DNA from: an uncultured beta proteobacterium
Lineage (GTDB): Bacteria > Pseudomonadota > Gammaproteobacteria > Burkholderiales > Rhodocyclaceae
Assembly (NCBI GenBank): GCA_963815365.1
Contig: CAWFGN010000012.1
Coordinates: 128,934 to 192,933, forward strand
DNA length: 64,000 bases
Direction: 5' to 3'
A program made the translations under genes and the position numbers. The first letter of the stretch is position 1, and each line of letters begins with the position of its first letter. Under the pieces are notes generated by a model. The model was not told the origin of the DNA, ran no database searches, and worked only from the letters and a program-made list of their open reading frames with translations. Shown one piece after another: positions 20,002 through 30,417 of the stretch.

Positions 20002-20953
20002 TTCCGTAGCCATATCCATAAGCATAACCATAGCCATAGCCATCGGATGCGGATTGTCGAGCCTGATTGAGCACCATCAGTTTGACGGGACACGACTCGA
20101 TGGCGGCGATAGATTCCTTGACCGCCGCCTGCGCCGTCACTCCTGCATTGACTACCATAACAATCTGACCCATGTGTGTAGCCAATGCACGCGCTTCAGT
20201 TGTCAGGAGCAGTGGTGGTGAATCGAATACGATGATCCGATCCGGGTAACGCCTCGACATGTCTTCGAGCAGGCGAATCATGGCATCGCTGGCCAGCAGT
20301 TCGGTCGCGCGTGCGTGAGCAGTCCCGCTGGGCAAAATCGAGAGTTTTTCAATATTGGTGCGCAACAACACGCCTGAAATATCGAGCGAATTGCTCTCGA
20401 CGATATCAAGGAGCCCCGGGGAGGGCGGCAGCCCAAGCATGTTCAGGATCGACGGGCGCGCAACGTCCGCATCCACCAGCATTACGGTGTTGTCCAGTTC
20501 CATGGCAATGCTGATCGCTAGGTTGGCAGCGGTAAAGCTCTTGCCTTCGCCGGGCAGCGCGCTGGTGACCATGATCAGATTTCCGTTGGCAACCGGCACG
20601 GGACCTCGACCCATTGCGTTGGCGATCAGCGGCCGCTTGATTACCCGGAATTCATTGGCCAGCAGCGAACGCGTTGCGTTCGGTACGAGCAATCCTGATG
20701 CGGCGATCGATTCCAGATCAATCTCGACGTGCCTGGCGACCGGGGAGGGTTGTGCGATTGTTGCACTTTTCCCGATGCTGGCGTCAGCTTGTCGGGCCGA
20801 AGAAACCGGTTCTGCACCCGCCTGCACGGCAGAAGGCCGGATTTCCGGCGCGATCTGCGAATGACGTGTCGCCGAAGGGTCGTCATCGGGCAGTTCGACG
20901 CCCGCCTGGCGGAGTTGTTCCAGGCGCTTCGCTGCTTGTTCAATCAGACTCAT
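19991..20953 (-). CDS. Protein-tyrosine autokinase (BY-kinase), XrtA-associated
   Basis: Walker A PGEGKS, LVDADV, VFDSPP and a C-terminal Tyr cluster GYGYGYAYGYGYG. Confidence 0.92.
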   Translation of the reverse strand: MSLIEQAAKRLEQLRQAGVELPDDDPSATRHSQIAPEIRPSAVQAGAEPVSSARQADASIGKSATIAQPSPVARHVEIDLESIAASGLLVPNATRSLLANEFRVIKRPLIANAMGRGPVPVANGNLIMVTSALPGEGKSFTAANLAISIAMELDNTVMLVDADVARPSILNMLGLPPSPGLLDIVESNSLDISGVLLRTNIEKLSILPSGTAHARATELLASDAMIRLLEDMSRRYPDRIIVFDSPPLLLTTEARALATHMGQIVMVVNAGVTAQAAVKESIAAIESCPVKLMVLNQARQSASDGYGYGYAYGYGYGNGN

Positions 20954-20962
20954 CGATTATCC

Positions 20963-22522
20963 TCAGGCAGCACGTTGTGTCAAAAATGCAAGCACTGCGA
21001 CCCCGGTGCCATATGCAATCACCAGTCCAACGCCTGCCAAAACAAAGCGACGCAGACTGGTGCGCTCTTGCAAACGACGGGTATCACTGGGCAGCACCGT
21101 GATAATCCCCAGAACCGGCATTCCGGTTACATCACGCAGCGATTTTCCGTCAAAGAATACCGGGCGCAATTGGCTTGCGACGAACGCCACCAGGAAACCT
21201 GTGGCCAGCGCGATGAGAAGCCCAAGAGGTAGAAGGACGAGGCGGTTCGGAGCCACCGGCTTGGGCGAAACCCGCGGCGGGTCGATCAGCCGGAAGTCGG
21301 CGATACCGCCTGCCGATTCGAGATCTCCGGTGAGTTCGGCCGATTCCCGGCGCGTTACCAACTGTTCGTAATTTTTCTTGTGGATCTCGTAGTCGCGATT
21401 CAGTTGGGTGTATTCGACCTCAAGTTGGGGCATTGTCTTCAACAATTCGGTCGAACGCTTGTAGCGAGACTCGTATTCGGCCACCCGCGTGCGCAATGAC
21501 GCGACATTGGCTTCGGCCTCGGCAAGCGACACTTTCAGTTGCTGAAAAACCGGGTTGTTGCTGACTGCGGAACCGGGGTTCGCCGCGGCAAATTTTCGCC
21601 GGGCGATCAGTTCCTGCCGCTTTTGCTCCTCAAGATCCTTGATCAGCCGGCGCGTGCCGATCACATCCGGGTGCTGATCGGTATAGCGCTGAAGGAGGGT
21701 GTCCAAATTTCGTTTTTGAACATCAATGCGGCCATCAATTTCTGGCAGCGACACGCCAGAATCCGAGCCGGGAGCGTCTGGCAGCAGAACTGGTTCCTCA
21801 CCGACAATCTGGCGCTTCAATGCATCTCTGGCTTGCTCGGCTTCACGCAGTTCAAGTTTCGATTTGTTGAGAATGAGCGACACTTCAGAAAGGCGATCTA
21901 CGCCGGTCTTTCCCTCACCGGTCTGCATTTCGACGTTGCGCAACTTGAAGTCCTTGAGCCTTGCCTCGGCTTCCTCAAGTTTTTTCTCGTAGACACGAAT
22001 CTGGTCGTCGATGAACTTGCGTGCTGACGTGGAGTCCTGGCGTTTGTCGCCAAGACTGGACTCGACAAAGATGGACACGAGTGCTTGAACCACGCGTTGC
22101 GCCTTGGCTGGTTCCGTGGCGCGGTAGGAAATGGTGTAGAGGTTGTCGCGGTTGGTGCTCTTGACTTGCAGGCTGCTCGCCAAAGTTTCCAGCAATTCTT
22201 CCCGGTCAGCCTTGCTTTGCGTCGCCAGGTCGAGATCTGCCATGCGAATCAGCTTTTCCAGATTCGGGCGGCTGATCAGCGTGCGGCTGAGCATCATGAC
22301 CTGCTGTTCGACATTGGGCTGAACCGCCAGCCCTGCCATCAGCGGCTTCAGGATCGATTGCGTGTCTACGAAGACCCGGGCGGAGGCTTCATATTTGTCC
22401 GGGATGCGCAGGATGACACCTGCGGCAATTGCACCGACGAGCCATGCGACAAGCATGCCGAGGCGCCGGTGCTGCCACGCAGCGCGCGCGAAAACCATCG
22501 CCTGGCGAAGAATATCTTCCAT
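20963..22522 (-). CDS. Polysaccharide chain-length determinant / co-polymerase (Wzc N-terminal-like)
   Basis: Two terminal TMs, coiled-coil periplasmic region, YTDQHPDV, IDPPRVSPKPVAPNR. Confidence 0.9.
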   Translation of the reverse strand: MEDILRQAMVFARAAWQHRRLGMLVAWLVGAIAAGVILRIPDKYEASARVFVDTQSILKPLMAGLAVQPNVEQQVMMLSRTLISRPNLEKLIRMADLDLATQSKADREELLETLASSLQVKSTNRDNLYTISYRATEPAKAQRVVQALVSIFVESSLGDKRQDSTSARKFIDDQIRVYEKKLEEAEARLKDFKLRNVEMQTGEGKTGVDRLSEVSLILNKSKLELREAEQARDALKRQIVGEEPVLLPDAPGSDSGVSLPEIDGRIDVQKRNLDTLLQRYTDQHPDVIGTRRLIKDLEEQKRQELIARRKFAAANPGSAVSNNPVFQQLKVSLAEAEANVASLRTRVAEYESRYKRSTELLKTMPQLEVEYTQLNRDYEIHKKNYEQLVTRRESAELTGDLESAGGIADFRLIDPPRVSPKPVAPNRLVLLPLGLLIALATGFLVAFVASQLRPVFFDGKSLRDVTGMPVLGIITVLPSDTRRLQERTSLRRFVLAGVGLVIAYGTGVAVLAFLTQRAA

Positions 22523-22588
22523 CTGGAGACCTGATCTAGAGAACCACGCCCGGCTCAGGCCGGGACGGGGTCAGTATGACGAACGGGA

Positions 22589-23215
22589 TCAAAACCAGCT
22601 TTGCGGAATGATCAGGATATCGCCCGGCTTCATGTCCACATTCGCGGAAATATCGCCGCGCTTGATCAGATCACGCAGGCGCACGGTGTATTGAGCGTTG
22701 CTTTCCGAAGTGCGGAGGATCGTGGCGCGATTTCCATCCGCGAAATCAGTGATGCCGCCGACGACGATCATCACGTCAAGCACAGTCATGTTCTGCTTGT
22801 AGGGCAGCGTCTGCGGTTTTGCAGCCTCGCCGACTACCCGGATCTGCTCGCTGTATGGCCCCACGAAATTGGTGACCACCACGGTGACGACGGGATCGCG
22901 AATGAACTTGCCAAGTTCCTTCTCGATGTCACGTGCCAGAGTGGACGGCTCCTTGTTGAAGGCGTTCAGGTCATCGATCAGCGGAGCGGAAATCTTGCCA
23001 TCCGGCCGCACCGGAACACTCATCGAAAGTTCGGGATTGCGCCAGACGACAATATTGAGGTTGTCGCCAGGGCCGATCCTGTAATTGTAGTCAGCGGAAG
23101 CTGCCGCCGGTGGAGCAGCCGGAAAACTGGTGGCGCAGGCAGCCAGAGCCAAAGTGACGACGACAAGCATTACGTGCTTGATGCCGGAAGTAAACGCGGT
23201 ACGGATCATGGACAT
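22589..23215 (-). CDS. Polysaccharide export lipoprotein (Wza-like, XrtA system)
   Basis: Lipobox LAAC, YRIGPGDNL, VRPDGKIS, SLBB domain. ATG at 23215 follows a purine-rich RBS. Confidence 0.9.
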   Translation of the reverse strand: MSMIRTAFTSGIKHVMLVVVTLALAACATSFPAAPPAAASADYNYRIGPGDNLNIVVWRNPELSMSVPVRPDGKISAPLIDDLNAFNKEPSTLARDIEKELGKFIRDPVVTVVVTNFVGPYSEQIRVVGEAAKPQTLPYKQNMTVLDVMIVVGGITDFADGNRATILRTSESNAQYTVRLRDLIKRGDISANVDMKPGDILIIPQSWF

Positions 23216-23420
23216 ATTTTCCCCCAATCAGGTCACAGGGCTAGCCTGCGGAGCAAAGACACAGTTCAATATCATAATGGAAACATGAACAGGATAGCGC
23301 AGGTCATGCATTATCAATGCGGAACTATTTCACGCTGATGATCGATCACGTTTTTTTAAGGTACCCATTTTCGGCTTTATCACCATGAATCGATAGTGAT
23401 GCAGGGTCGCGCCTGCGTGT

Positions 23421-24948
23421 TCAGAGCGGGAGGTTATAGCGGCCGGGTGCGATCACGTTGTCGGGGTCGAACACGTCCTTCAGGCGGCGGATGGTTTGCC
23501 AGTAGGCATTGTCTTCGACGACCTGATGCATCATGTCGGCCCGGGCGCGATAGACCTCCAGTCCGTGCTCGCGAATGCAGGCGAAAAGGTCGTCTGCACA
23601 ACGATGGGCGCGCTCCACCTGCTCTGGCTGATCGCGTTCGAACAACAGATTGATGACGGCAACCAGTGAAGTCATGGTTTCGATGTTGATGGTCATGTAC
23701 AGACGATGTCGGTAGCGATCTCCAATCGCCTCAAGGTCGCGGACCAAGGCCGCCACCCGCCTGCCATCAGCCGGTAGGGCGGGATTGATGAACAGGAGGC
23801 CGCAACGCGATTGATCGAGTGTCGTCGGATGTTGGCCCGGCGCCCCGAATTTCCATAACAGGTTATCTATGGCTACGTCCGTCGGAACCCCGAGTGCGAG
23901 GCTGTGCAGTGGCCGGACGGCATCGATTGCTGCCGCTTGTGCCCGCGCTGCCGGGAGAAAGTTGAACGGCCGCAGGAGCGCTGCGCCGACATCGAGGCGA
24001 CGCTCGGTGACGACCCGGATGACGGCATGGCGACCGATCCGCGCCCGGATTTCGCGGATCGCCGAATTTACCTGCCCGCGGTTTCCAGTCACTGCGGCCA
24101 GACTGGTCCAGGCGTTGGGGGCCACGATTTCGAGCACCCGCTCAGCTTCGCTCGCTGCCTCTGCTGCCGAGAGGCCTCGGCGCTCAAGAGACCGGAGAAT
24201 GCCGTACATCAGCGTGGAGTGCGTGCGCGGACGGTTGCCGATGTGGGTCACCGAGGTGAGCAGGCCGTCGCGCTTTATGCGCGCCAGTTCGTCGATGAAC
24301 CCAGCAAGGTCCTCGGGTTTGCGCAACGCCATGGAGACTGCGACCTCGATCGGGCGCCGAGGCAGCAGGCGGAAGCAGGCGCTGGTTACAATGCCGAAAT
24401 TACTCTGGAAAAATATCCCGTCGATCATCGGACCCAGCCCGAAAGGATGGGAGTGCGCGAGGGGGGAAGACTCTCCCAGGCGGCGGAACCCAGTCTGCAG
24501 GATTTCCCCAGTACCAGTCACCAGTTCAAGACCGAACACATCATCCTTGCGCGGCCCAAAGTAGCCCACACCGCGATCCAGCGCATTGCCCAGTATGCTT
24601 GTTGCGCCGCCTGCGCCGGTCACGTTGAAGGTCAGTCCGGGACAATTGGCCTGCAGGAAATCATAAAGCTGGCGCTGGGTCACTCCCGGTTCGATCACCG
24701 CCACCGGATTGTTCTACGGATATTTCATCGGCATTGAGGATGCGGCTCAGCCGCGACAGATCGACCAGCACGTTGCCTTCAGTGACTGGTGAGCGCGATC
24801 CGTATCCCCAGTTGAGGCCGGTGGATAGCGGGTAGAGCTTCTGACCCGAGGTTCGGGCAGTGCGAACCAGAGCCTGAACCTCTTCAGTGTTGACGGGCTT
24901 GATCAGTGAGGCTGTCGATTGGTGATAACCAGTGACGTTCGATGTCAT
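23421..24948 (-). CDS. FAD-binding oxidoreductase, VAO/p-cresol methylhydroxylase family; apparent +1 frameshift at ~24712
   Basis: STGLNWGYGS, EPGVTQ, GNALDRGVGY, SNFGIVT, FDPDNVIAPGRY. ORFs 24661..25092 and 23421..24704 join on removing one base of tt 24712-24713. Confidence 0.82.
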
Positions 24949-25149
24949 GATTCCGCGATGTCCGGAAAATGGAAATTCCTGCGTCAGCGAATGATAGACG
25001 CAATGACGCCCTTCGGTATTCTTTGATGACATTTGACCGGCGGACTCGTCTGCTTTCAATTGGCAAAGCCATCGACTATGCCAGCTATCCATTACAATAC
25101 GCTCGTGTGTCTCTGTGATAGCGATCGTTGATCTATTGTCCGGTTCTCA

Positions 25150-26604
25150 TTGTCCGACGAGGTTCCCTTGGAACTATTGCCTGTTGTTCTCTCCGGTGGC
25201 TCCGGTACCCGCCTGTGGCCGATTTCGCGCGAAAAGTACCCCAAGCAGCTACTGCCTCTGGTCGATGACCAGACGATGTTGCAGGCGACTGCGGCGCGTC
25301 TCGACGGGGTGTCGGGCTTGCTCGATCCCCTGGTGGTGTGCAACGAGGAGCATCGCTTCGCGGTCGCCGAACAGTTGCGACTGCTCGGCAAACGCGGCGC
25401 CATCGTGCTTGAACCGTGCGGCCGGAATACGGCGCCGGCCCTGACGCTGGCTGCCTTGTGGGCGACGAAAAGGGGGGGCGACCCCGTGCTGGTGGTGATG
25501 CCGGCCGATCATGTCATCCACCAGGGAGATGTTTTCCGCGCGGCAGTCGGGCGGGCGGCACGCCTGGCCGAGGAAGGTTTCGCGGTCACCTTCGGCATCA
25601 CGCCGGATTGCCCGGAAACGGGCTATGGCTACATTCAGCAGGGCGCGGCCTTGCCGGGCGATTCGGGCGGATTCCAGCTTGCCCGGTTTGTCGAAAAGCC
25701 CGACCGGGAAACGGCGCAGGCCTATCTGGACTCGGGCGAATACCTGTGGAACAGCGGCATTTTCGTCATGCGCGCCTCGACATGGCTGGCGGCACTGGCA
25801 ATCTGCCGACCGGATATTCTTGAAGCATGCCGGGCGGCACTGGCCGGCGTGAGCGAAGATGGGGATTTCGTCCGTGTGGCCCGCCTGGCTTTCGAAAAAT
25901 GTCCGGCAGACTCGATCGACTACGCGGTCATGGAACGGTTGGCCAGCGGGCTTGCCGGGCTTCCGGGCGGCGTCGTCATCCCGCTGTCGGCGGGGTGGTC
26001 GGATGTCGGGGCCTGGGATGCCTTGTGGAAAGTCCTGCCCCGCTGCGCTGACGGCAATGCGACGCGCGGCGATGTATTGCTGGAAAATTGTCGCGATACG
26101 CTGGCGATTTCTGAGGGGCGGGTCGTTGCCTGCGTCGGCGTCAGCAATCTGGTGGTTGTCGAAACCGACGATGCCGTTCTGGTAGCCCACCACGACGCGA
26201 CGCAGGATGTCAAAAAGATCGTCGACCGCCTGAAGGCCGAGCGGCGCAGTGTGACCCAATGGCAGCGCAAGGTGCATCGACCGTGGGGCTGGTACGACGG
26301 GGTCGATGCGGGCGAGCGTTTTCAGGTCAAGCGGATCGGCGTCAAACCGGGCGCGTCGCTTTCGTTGCAGATGCACCACCATCGGGCGGAGCACTGGATT
26401 GTGGTCAGCGGTACGGCGAGTGTGACGCGGGGCGAAGAGGTGTTTCTGGTTTCCGAGAACCAGTCGACCTACATTCCGCTGGGCGTCAAACACCGCCTGG
26501 AGAATCCGGGCAAGGTGATGCTGGAGATGATCGAAGTCCAGTCCGGCAGTTATCTGGGTGAGGACGACATCGTCCGCTTCGAGGACAACTACGGGCGCAG
26601 CTGA
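25150..26604 (+). CDS. manC: Mannose-1-phosphate guanylyltransferase / mannose-6-phosphate isomerase
   Basis: LSGGSGTRLWP, EPCGRNTAPA, WSDVGAW, cupin RPWG...HHHRAEHW. TTG start is uncertain. Confidence 0.93.
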   Translation: MSDEVPLELLPVVLSGGSGTRLWPISREKYPKQLLPLVDDQTMLQATAARLDGVSGLLDPLVVCNEEHRFAVAEQLRLLGKRGAIVLEPCGRNTAPALTLAALWATKRGGDPVLVVMPADHVIHQGDVFRAAVGRAARLAEEGFAVTFGITPDCPETGYGYIQQGAALPGDSGGFQLARFVEKPDRETAQAYLDSGEYLWNSGIFVMRASTWLAALAICRPDILEACRAALAGVSEDGDFVRVARLAFEKCPADSIDYAVMERLASGLAGLPGGVVIPLSAGWSDVGAWDALWKVLPRCADGNATRGDVLLENCRDTLAISEGRVVACVGVSNLVVVETDDAVLVAHHDATQDVKKIVDRLKAERRSVTQWQRKVHRPWGWYDGVDAGERFQVKRIGVKPGASLSLQMHHHRAEHWIVVSGTASVTRGEEVFLVSENQSTYIPLGVKHRLENPGKVMLEMIEVQSGSYLGEDDIVRFEDNYGRS

Positions 26605-26976
26605 TTAGTCGAAGAGCAGGGCGGCCGCAACCTTGCGGCCTTCCGCCGCGAGGATGTTGTAGGTACGGCAGGCCGCCTGAAGATCCATGATTTCCAGCCC
26701 GATGCCGGCCGGTGCGAACGGGCGCAGCAGGGTGCCGGGCGGGAAACGCAGCCGGCTGCCGGTGCCGAGCAGGATGATTTCGGTACCGAGTCCGAGCAAC
26801 TGCTGCATGTCGCTTGCCGTGAGCGTCTCAACGCTGGCTGTCGACCATCCGGGAATGATCGATTCCGGCAGGACGATCAGGTTTTCTTCGTATTTTTCAT
26901 GGTTGACCGCAACATAGTCGGCACCATAGGCGGTAAAGATGTTGAGGCCGGCGGTGTTGGCGAGATGAAGTTTCAC
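26605..26976 (-). CDS. Mth938-like domain protein
   Basis: LLGTG and AACRTYNILAAEGRKVAAAL motifs. Confidence 0.88.
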   Translation of the reverse strand: MKLHLANTAGLNIFTAYGADYVAVNHEKYEENLIVLPESIIPGWSTASVETLTASDMQQLLGLGTEIILLGTGSRLRFPPGTLLRPFAPAGIGLEIMDLQAACRTYNILAAEGRKVAAALLFD

Positions 26977-27084
26977 TGATCAGATGTCCCGAGAAGCCCG
27001 CCGAAATTGCGGTGCACCATGCGTTGAAGTAGGATTATACCTTTGGCCTTCACCGGCCATGCGCCGCCGAGCCGGAAGATTCCC

Positions 27085-28329
27085 ATGAAACATGTCAAGA
27101 AGTCCGCCAAACTCGCCAACGTCTGCTACGACATTCGCGGCCCCGTGCTGCAAAAGGCCAAGCAGATGGAGGAAGAGGGCCACAAGATCATCAAGCTGAA
27201 CATCGGCAACCTGGCTGCGTTCGGCTTCGATTCGCCCGAGGAAATCCAGCAGGACATCATCCGCAACCTGCCCGGCGCCGCCGGCTATACCGATTCGAAG
27301 GGTATCTTCGCGGCACGCAAGGCGATCATGCATTACTGCCAGCAGAAGCACATCAAGGGTGTGACGCTGGACGACATCTATGTCGGCAACGGTGTTTCCG
27401 AACTGATCGTGATGGCCATGAACGCGCTGCTCGATGCGGGTGACGAAGTGCTGGTGCCGGCGCCGGATTACCCGTTGTGGACGGCGGCGATCAGCCTGTC
27501 CGGCGGTACGCCGAAGCACTACCTGTGCGACGAAAGCAAGGGCTGGCTGCCCGATCTGGCCGACATCCGCAGCAAGATCAACGCACACACCCGGGCGATC
27601 GTCCTGATCAATCCGAACAATCCCACCGGCGCGCTGTACCCGGACGATCTGCTCTGTGAAATCATCGACATCGCGCGCCAGCATCACCTGATCATCTACG
27701 CCGACGAGGTGTACGACAAGGTGCTCTACGACGGTGAGAAGCACACTTCGGTGGCCGCGCTTTCGGATGACGTGCTGACCCTTACCTTCAACGGTCTTTC
27801 GAAGAACTATCGTTCCTGTGGCTATCGCGCCGGCTGGATGGTGGTTTCCGGCGACAAGCGCCATGCCCGGGATTACATCGAGGGCCTCGACATGCTGGCC
27901 TCGATGCGCCTGTGCGCCAATGCACCGGGGCAACATGGAATCCAGACTGCGCTGGGCGGCTACCAGAGCATCGACGACCTGGTCAATGAAGGCGGCCGCA
28001 TGCGTCGGCAGCGGGATGTCGCCTACGAGCTGATCAATGCGATTCCCGGGGTCAGCTGCGTCAAGCCGAAGGCCACGCTCTACATGTTCCCGAAGCTTGA
28101 TCCAAAGATCTACCCGATCAAGAACGACCAGGCCTTCATCACCGAACTGCTGCAGGAAGAAAAGGTGCTGCTGGTGCAGGGCACCGGCTTCAACTGGCCG
28201 CACCCGGATCACTTCCGGCTGGTCTTCCTGCCGCACGAAGATGACCTCAAGGAGGCCATTGGCCGTATCGCCCGCTTTCTCGAAAACTATCGCAAGCGTC
28301 ACAACACCAACCATCTCATCAAAGACTGA
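27085..28329 (+). CDS. alaA: PLP-dependent alanine aminotransferase (AlaA/YfbQ)
   Basis: NVCYDIRGPV, INPNNPTG, DEVYDK, GLSK PLP lysine. Confidence 0.9.
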   Translation: MKHVKKSAKLANVCYDIRGPVLQKAKQMEEEGHKIIKLNIGNLAAFGFDSPEEIQQDIIRNLPGAAGYTDSKGIFAARKAIMHYCQQKHIKGVTLDDIYVGNGVSELIVMAMNALLDAGDEVLVPAPDYPLWTAAISLSGGTPKHYLCDESKGWLPDLADIRSKINAHTRAIVLINPNNPTGALYPDDLLCEIIDIARQHHLIIYADEVYDKVLYDGEKHTSVAALSDDVLTLTFNGLSKNYRSCGYRAGWMVVSGDKRHARDYIEGLDMLASMRLCANAPGQHGIQTALGGYQSIDDLVNEGGRMRRQRDVAYELINAIPGVSCVKPKATLYMFPKLDPKIYPIKNDQAFITELLQEEKVLLVQGTGFNWPHPDHFRLVFLPHEDDLKEAIGRIARFLENYRKRHNTNHLIKD

Positions 28330-28331
28330 AC

Positions 28332-29642
28332 ATGAAACCCATCAATGTTGGCCTTATCGGCATCGGCACCGTCGGCGGTGGCACCTGGACCGTTCTCAAG
28401 CGCAACGCGGAAGAAATTACCCGGCGCGCCGGGCGTCCGATTCGCATCACGGCCGTGGCCGACAAGAATGTCGAACTGGCGAAGCAGGTGACCGGCGGCG
28501 AAGCCCGGGTGACCGATGATGCGTTTTCGCTGGTCAATGATCCGGAAATCGACATCATCGTCGAACTGATTGGCGGCTATGGCGTGGCCAAGGATGTCGT
28601 GCTGCAGTCCATCGCCAATGGCAAGCATGTGGTCACCGCCAACAAGGCGCTGCTCGCCGTGCATGGCACCGAGATTTTCACTGCGGCCCAGCAGAAGGGT
28701 GTCATGGTCGCCTTCGAAGCGGCGGTTGCCGGCGGCATCCCGATCATCAAGGCGCTGCGCGAGGGTCTGAGCGCCAACCGCATCGAATGGGCGGCCGGCA
28801 TCATCAACGGCACGACCAATTTCATTCTCTCCGAAATGCGCGACAAGGGCCTGTCGTTCGACGACGTGCTCAAGGAAGCCCAGCGTCTTGGCTATGCCGA
28901 AGCCGACCCGACCTTCGACATCGAAGGCGTCGACGCGGCGCACAAGGCCACCCTGATCGCCTCGATCGCCTTCGGTATTCCGGTTCAGTTCGACAAGGCG
29001 TACATCGAGGGCATCACCAAACTTGAGGCTTCGGATATCAAGTACGCCGAACAGCTTGGTTACCGCATCAAGCTGCTCGGCATCGCCAAGCGTCGCGAAA
29101 AGGGGATCGAACTGCGCGTGCATCCGACGCTGATCCCGGCCAAGCGCCTGCTGGCTAATGTCGAAGGCGCGATGAACGCCGTCGTCGTCAAATGCGATGC
29201 GGTCGGCACCACGCTGTACTACGGCAAGGGCGCCGGCGCCGAGCCCACCGCCTCGGCCGTGATCGCCGACCTCGTCGATGTCACCCGCCTGGCGACCGCC
29301 GATGCCGCCCATCGCGTGCCGCACCTGGCCTTCCAGCCGGACGCCATGTCCAGCCTGCCGATCCTGCCGATGAGCGAGGTCGAAACCGGCTATTACCTGC
29401 GTTTGCGCGTCGAGGACAAACCCGGCGTGCTGGCCGATGTGACCCGCATCCTCGCCGACCAGCAGATCTCGATCGACGCCATGCTGCAGCGCGAACCGGA
29501 AGAGGGCGAGGGTGAAACCGATATCATCATCCTGACCCACGTCTGCAAGGAAAGCGCCGCCGATGCCGCGATTGCGAAAATCGAGGGGCTGGGCGCGCAA
29601 AAGGGCAAGGTCAAGCGCATTCGTCTGGAAGAACTGCAATAG
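28332..29642 (+). CDS. hom: Homoserine dehydrogenase
   Basis: GIGTVG, VVTANK, EAAVAGGIP, GYAEADP, C-terminal ACT domain. Confidence 0.96.
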   Translation: MKPINVGLIGIGTVGGGTWTVLKRNAEEITRRAGRPIRITAVADKNVELAKQVTGGEARVTDDAFSLVNDPEIDIIVELIGGYGVAKDVVLQSIANGKHVVTANKALLAVHGTEIFTAAQQKGVMVAFEAAVAGGIPIIKALREGLSANRIEWAAGIINGTTNFILSEMRDKGLSFDDVLKEAQRLGYAEADPTFDIEGVDAAHKATLIASIAFGIPVQFDKAYIEGITKLEASDIKYAEQLGYRIKLLGIAKRREKGIELRVHPTLIPAKRLLANVEGAMNAVVVKCDAVGTTLYYGKGAGAEPTASAVIADLVDVTRLATADAAHRVPHLAFQPDAMSSLPILPMSEVETGYYLRLRVEDKPGVLADVTRILADQQISIDAMLQREPEEGEGETDIIILTHVCKESAADAAIAKIEGLGAQKGKVKRIRLEELQ

Positions 29643-29663
29643 CCGGTTCCGAACGAAGATACG

Positions 29664-29695
29664 GAAGCGGGGGCTACGGCTCCCGTTTTTCGTTT
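29664..29695 (+). terminator. Rho-independent terminator after hom
   Basis: CGGGGGC-TACG-GCTCCCG stem-loop followed by TTTTTCGTTT. Confidence 0.75.
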
Positions 29696-29706
29696 ACCGG
29701 ACAGCC

Positions 29707-29946
29707 TCAGGAATGTCGCTCATCGTGTTTCTTGTCCGACTTGTCGGCGGGGCGCGCCGGCGGCGGCGGGGTATGCATGCCAACCATGGCCAGGAGCACG
29801 ATCAGGACAATGAACACAATGGCGCCGGCAAGAACGAAGCCGGTCAGCATCAGCAGCAAGGGCACGATGGCGAGACCGGTCATGATGAACTCGATGGCAT
29901 CGTCTGCATTTTGGTAACCGATGCGGTTGAGCAGATGACGCAGCAT
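29707..29946 (-). CDS. Small membrane protein (79 aa)
   Basis: AGGAGG RBS before MLRHLLNRIG; ~35-aa hydrophobic hairpin; Pro-rich, charged tail. Confidence 0.65.
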   Translation of the reverse strand: MLRHLLNRIGYQNADDAIEFIMTGLAIVPLLLMLTGFVLAGAIVFIVLIVLLAMVGMHTPPPPARPADKSDKKHDERHS

Positions 29947-30150
29947 GAGATCCTCCTGGAAAACGCACCGTTCGTGCGAACGATGCTTCATTAGAGACCC
30001 GCACCTCGCCGTTGGCAAGAACTGACTGCAATTTCCGGCTTCCACCCTGCAACTCAAAGGGGCATTGCGACCCGGATCAAGGAAATTCCGCCCGTCAATC
30101 GACACAATCAGTTTCAATTGCCGTTCCGGCAAGTCTTTCAAGGAGCCATC

Positions 30151-30417
30151 ATGCAAGCCATTCACGTCTGTAACCACACCACGCCTGAAGCGCTGTATCC
30201 GTTCGATGCGCGCGGAATCGCCAAGCGTTTTCGCCACGCAGCCATTTTTGGTGCGCTGGATGCGCTGCAGCCCGGCGAAACCATGCGCTTTTGCAATGAT
30301 CACGATCCCTTGCCGCTGCTTGCGCAGTTGCAGCAACGCTACGGGGAGCGGCTGAATATTGCGTATCAGCAGCGCGAACCCGGCGCCATCGTGATCGATT
30401 TTGCCGTTGTGAACTGA
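30151..30417 (+). CDS. DUF2249 domain protein
   Basis: AGGAG RBS; FDARG...RHAAIF..LDALQPGE...NDHDPLPL signature. Confidence 0.85.
   Translation: MQAIHVCNHTTPEALYPFDARGIAKRFRHAAIFGALDALQPGETMRFCNDHDPLPLLAQLQQRYGERLNIAYQQREPGAIVIDFAVVN

Noticed and set aside
20001-20043. Met-rich N-terminus MAMAMVMLMDMATEM of ORF 18376..20043 and the underlying hexamer repeat
   Set aside because: It is the alternate frame of the BY-kinase (GY)n tyrosine cluster, a known feature. The real start is probably 20001.
25060-25084. Sigma-54-like TGGCA elements (TGGCA-N13-TGCCA) between the flavoprotein gene and manC
   Set aside because: Neither strand gives the required GG-N10-GC spacing (GG-N11-GC on the minus strand), so no promoter is called.
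30061-30080. FNR-like site upstream of DUF2249 (and TTGATCAA at ~59837)
   Set aside because: Only one half-site matches TTGAT-N4-ATCAA in each case.
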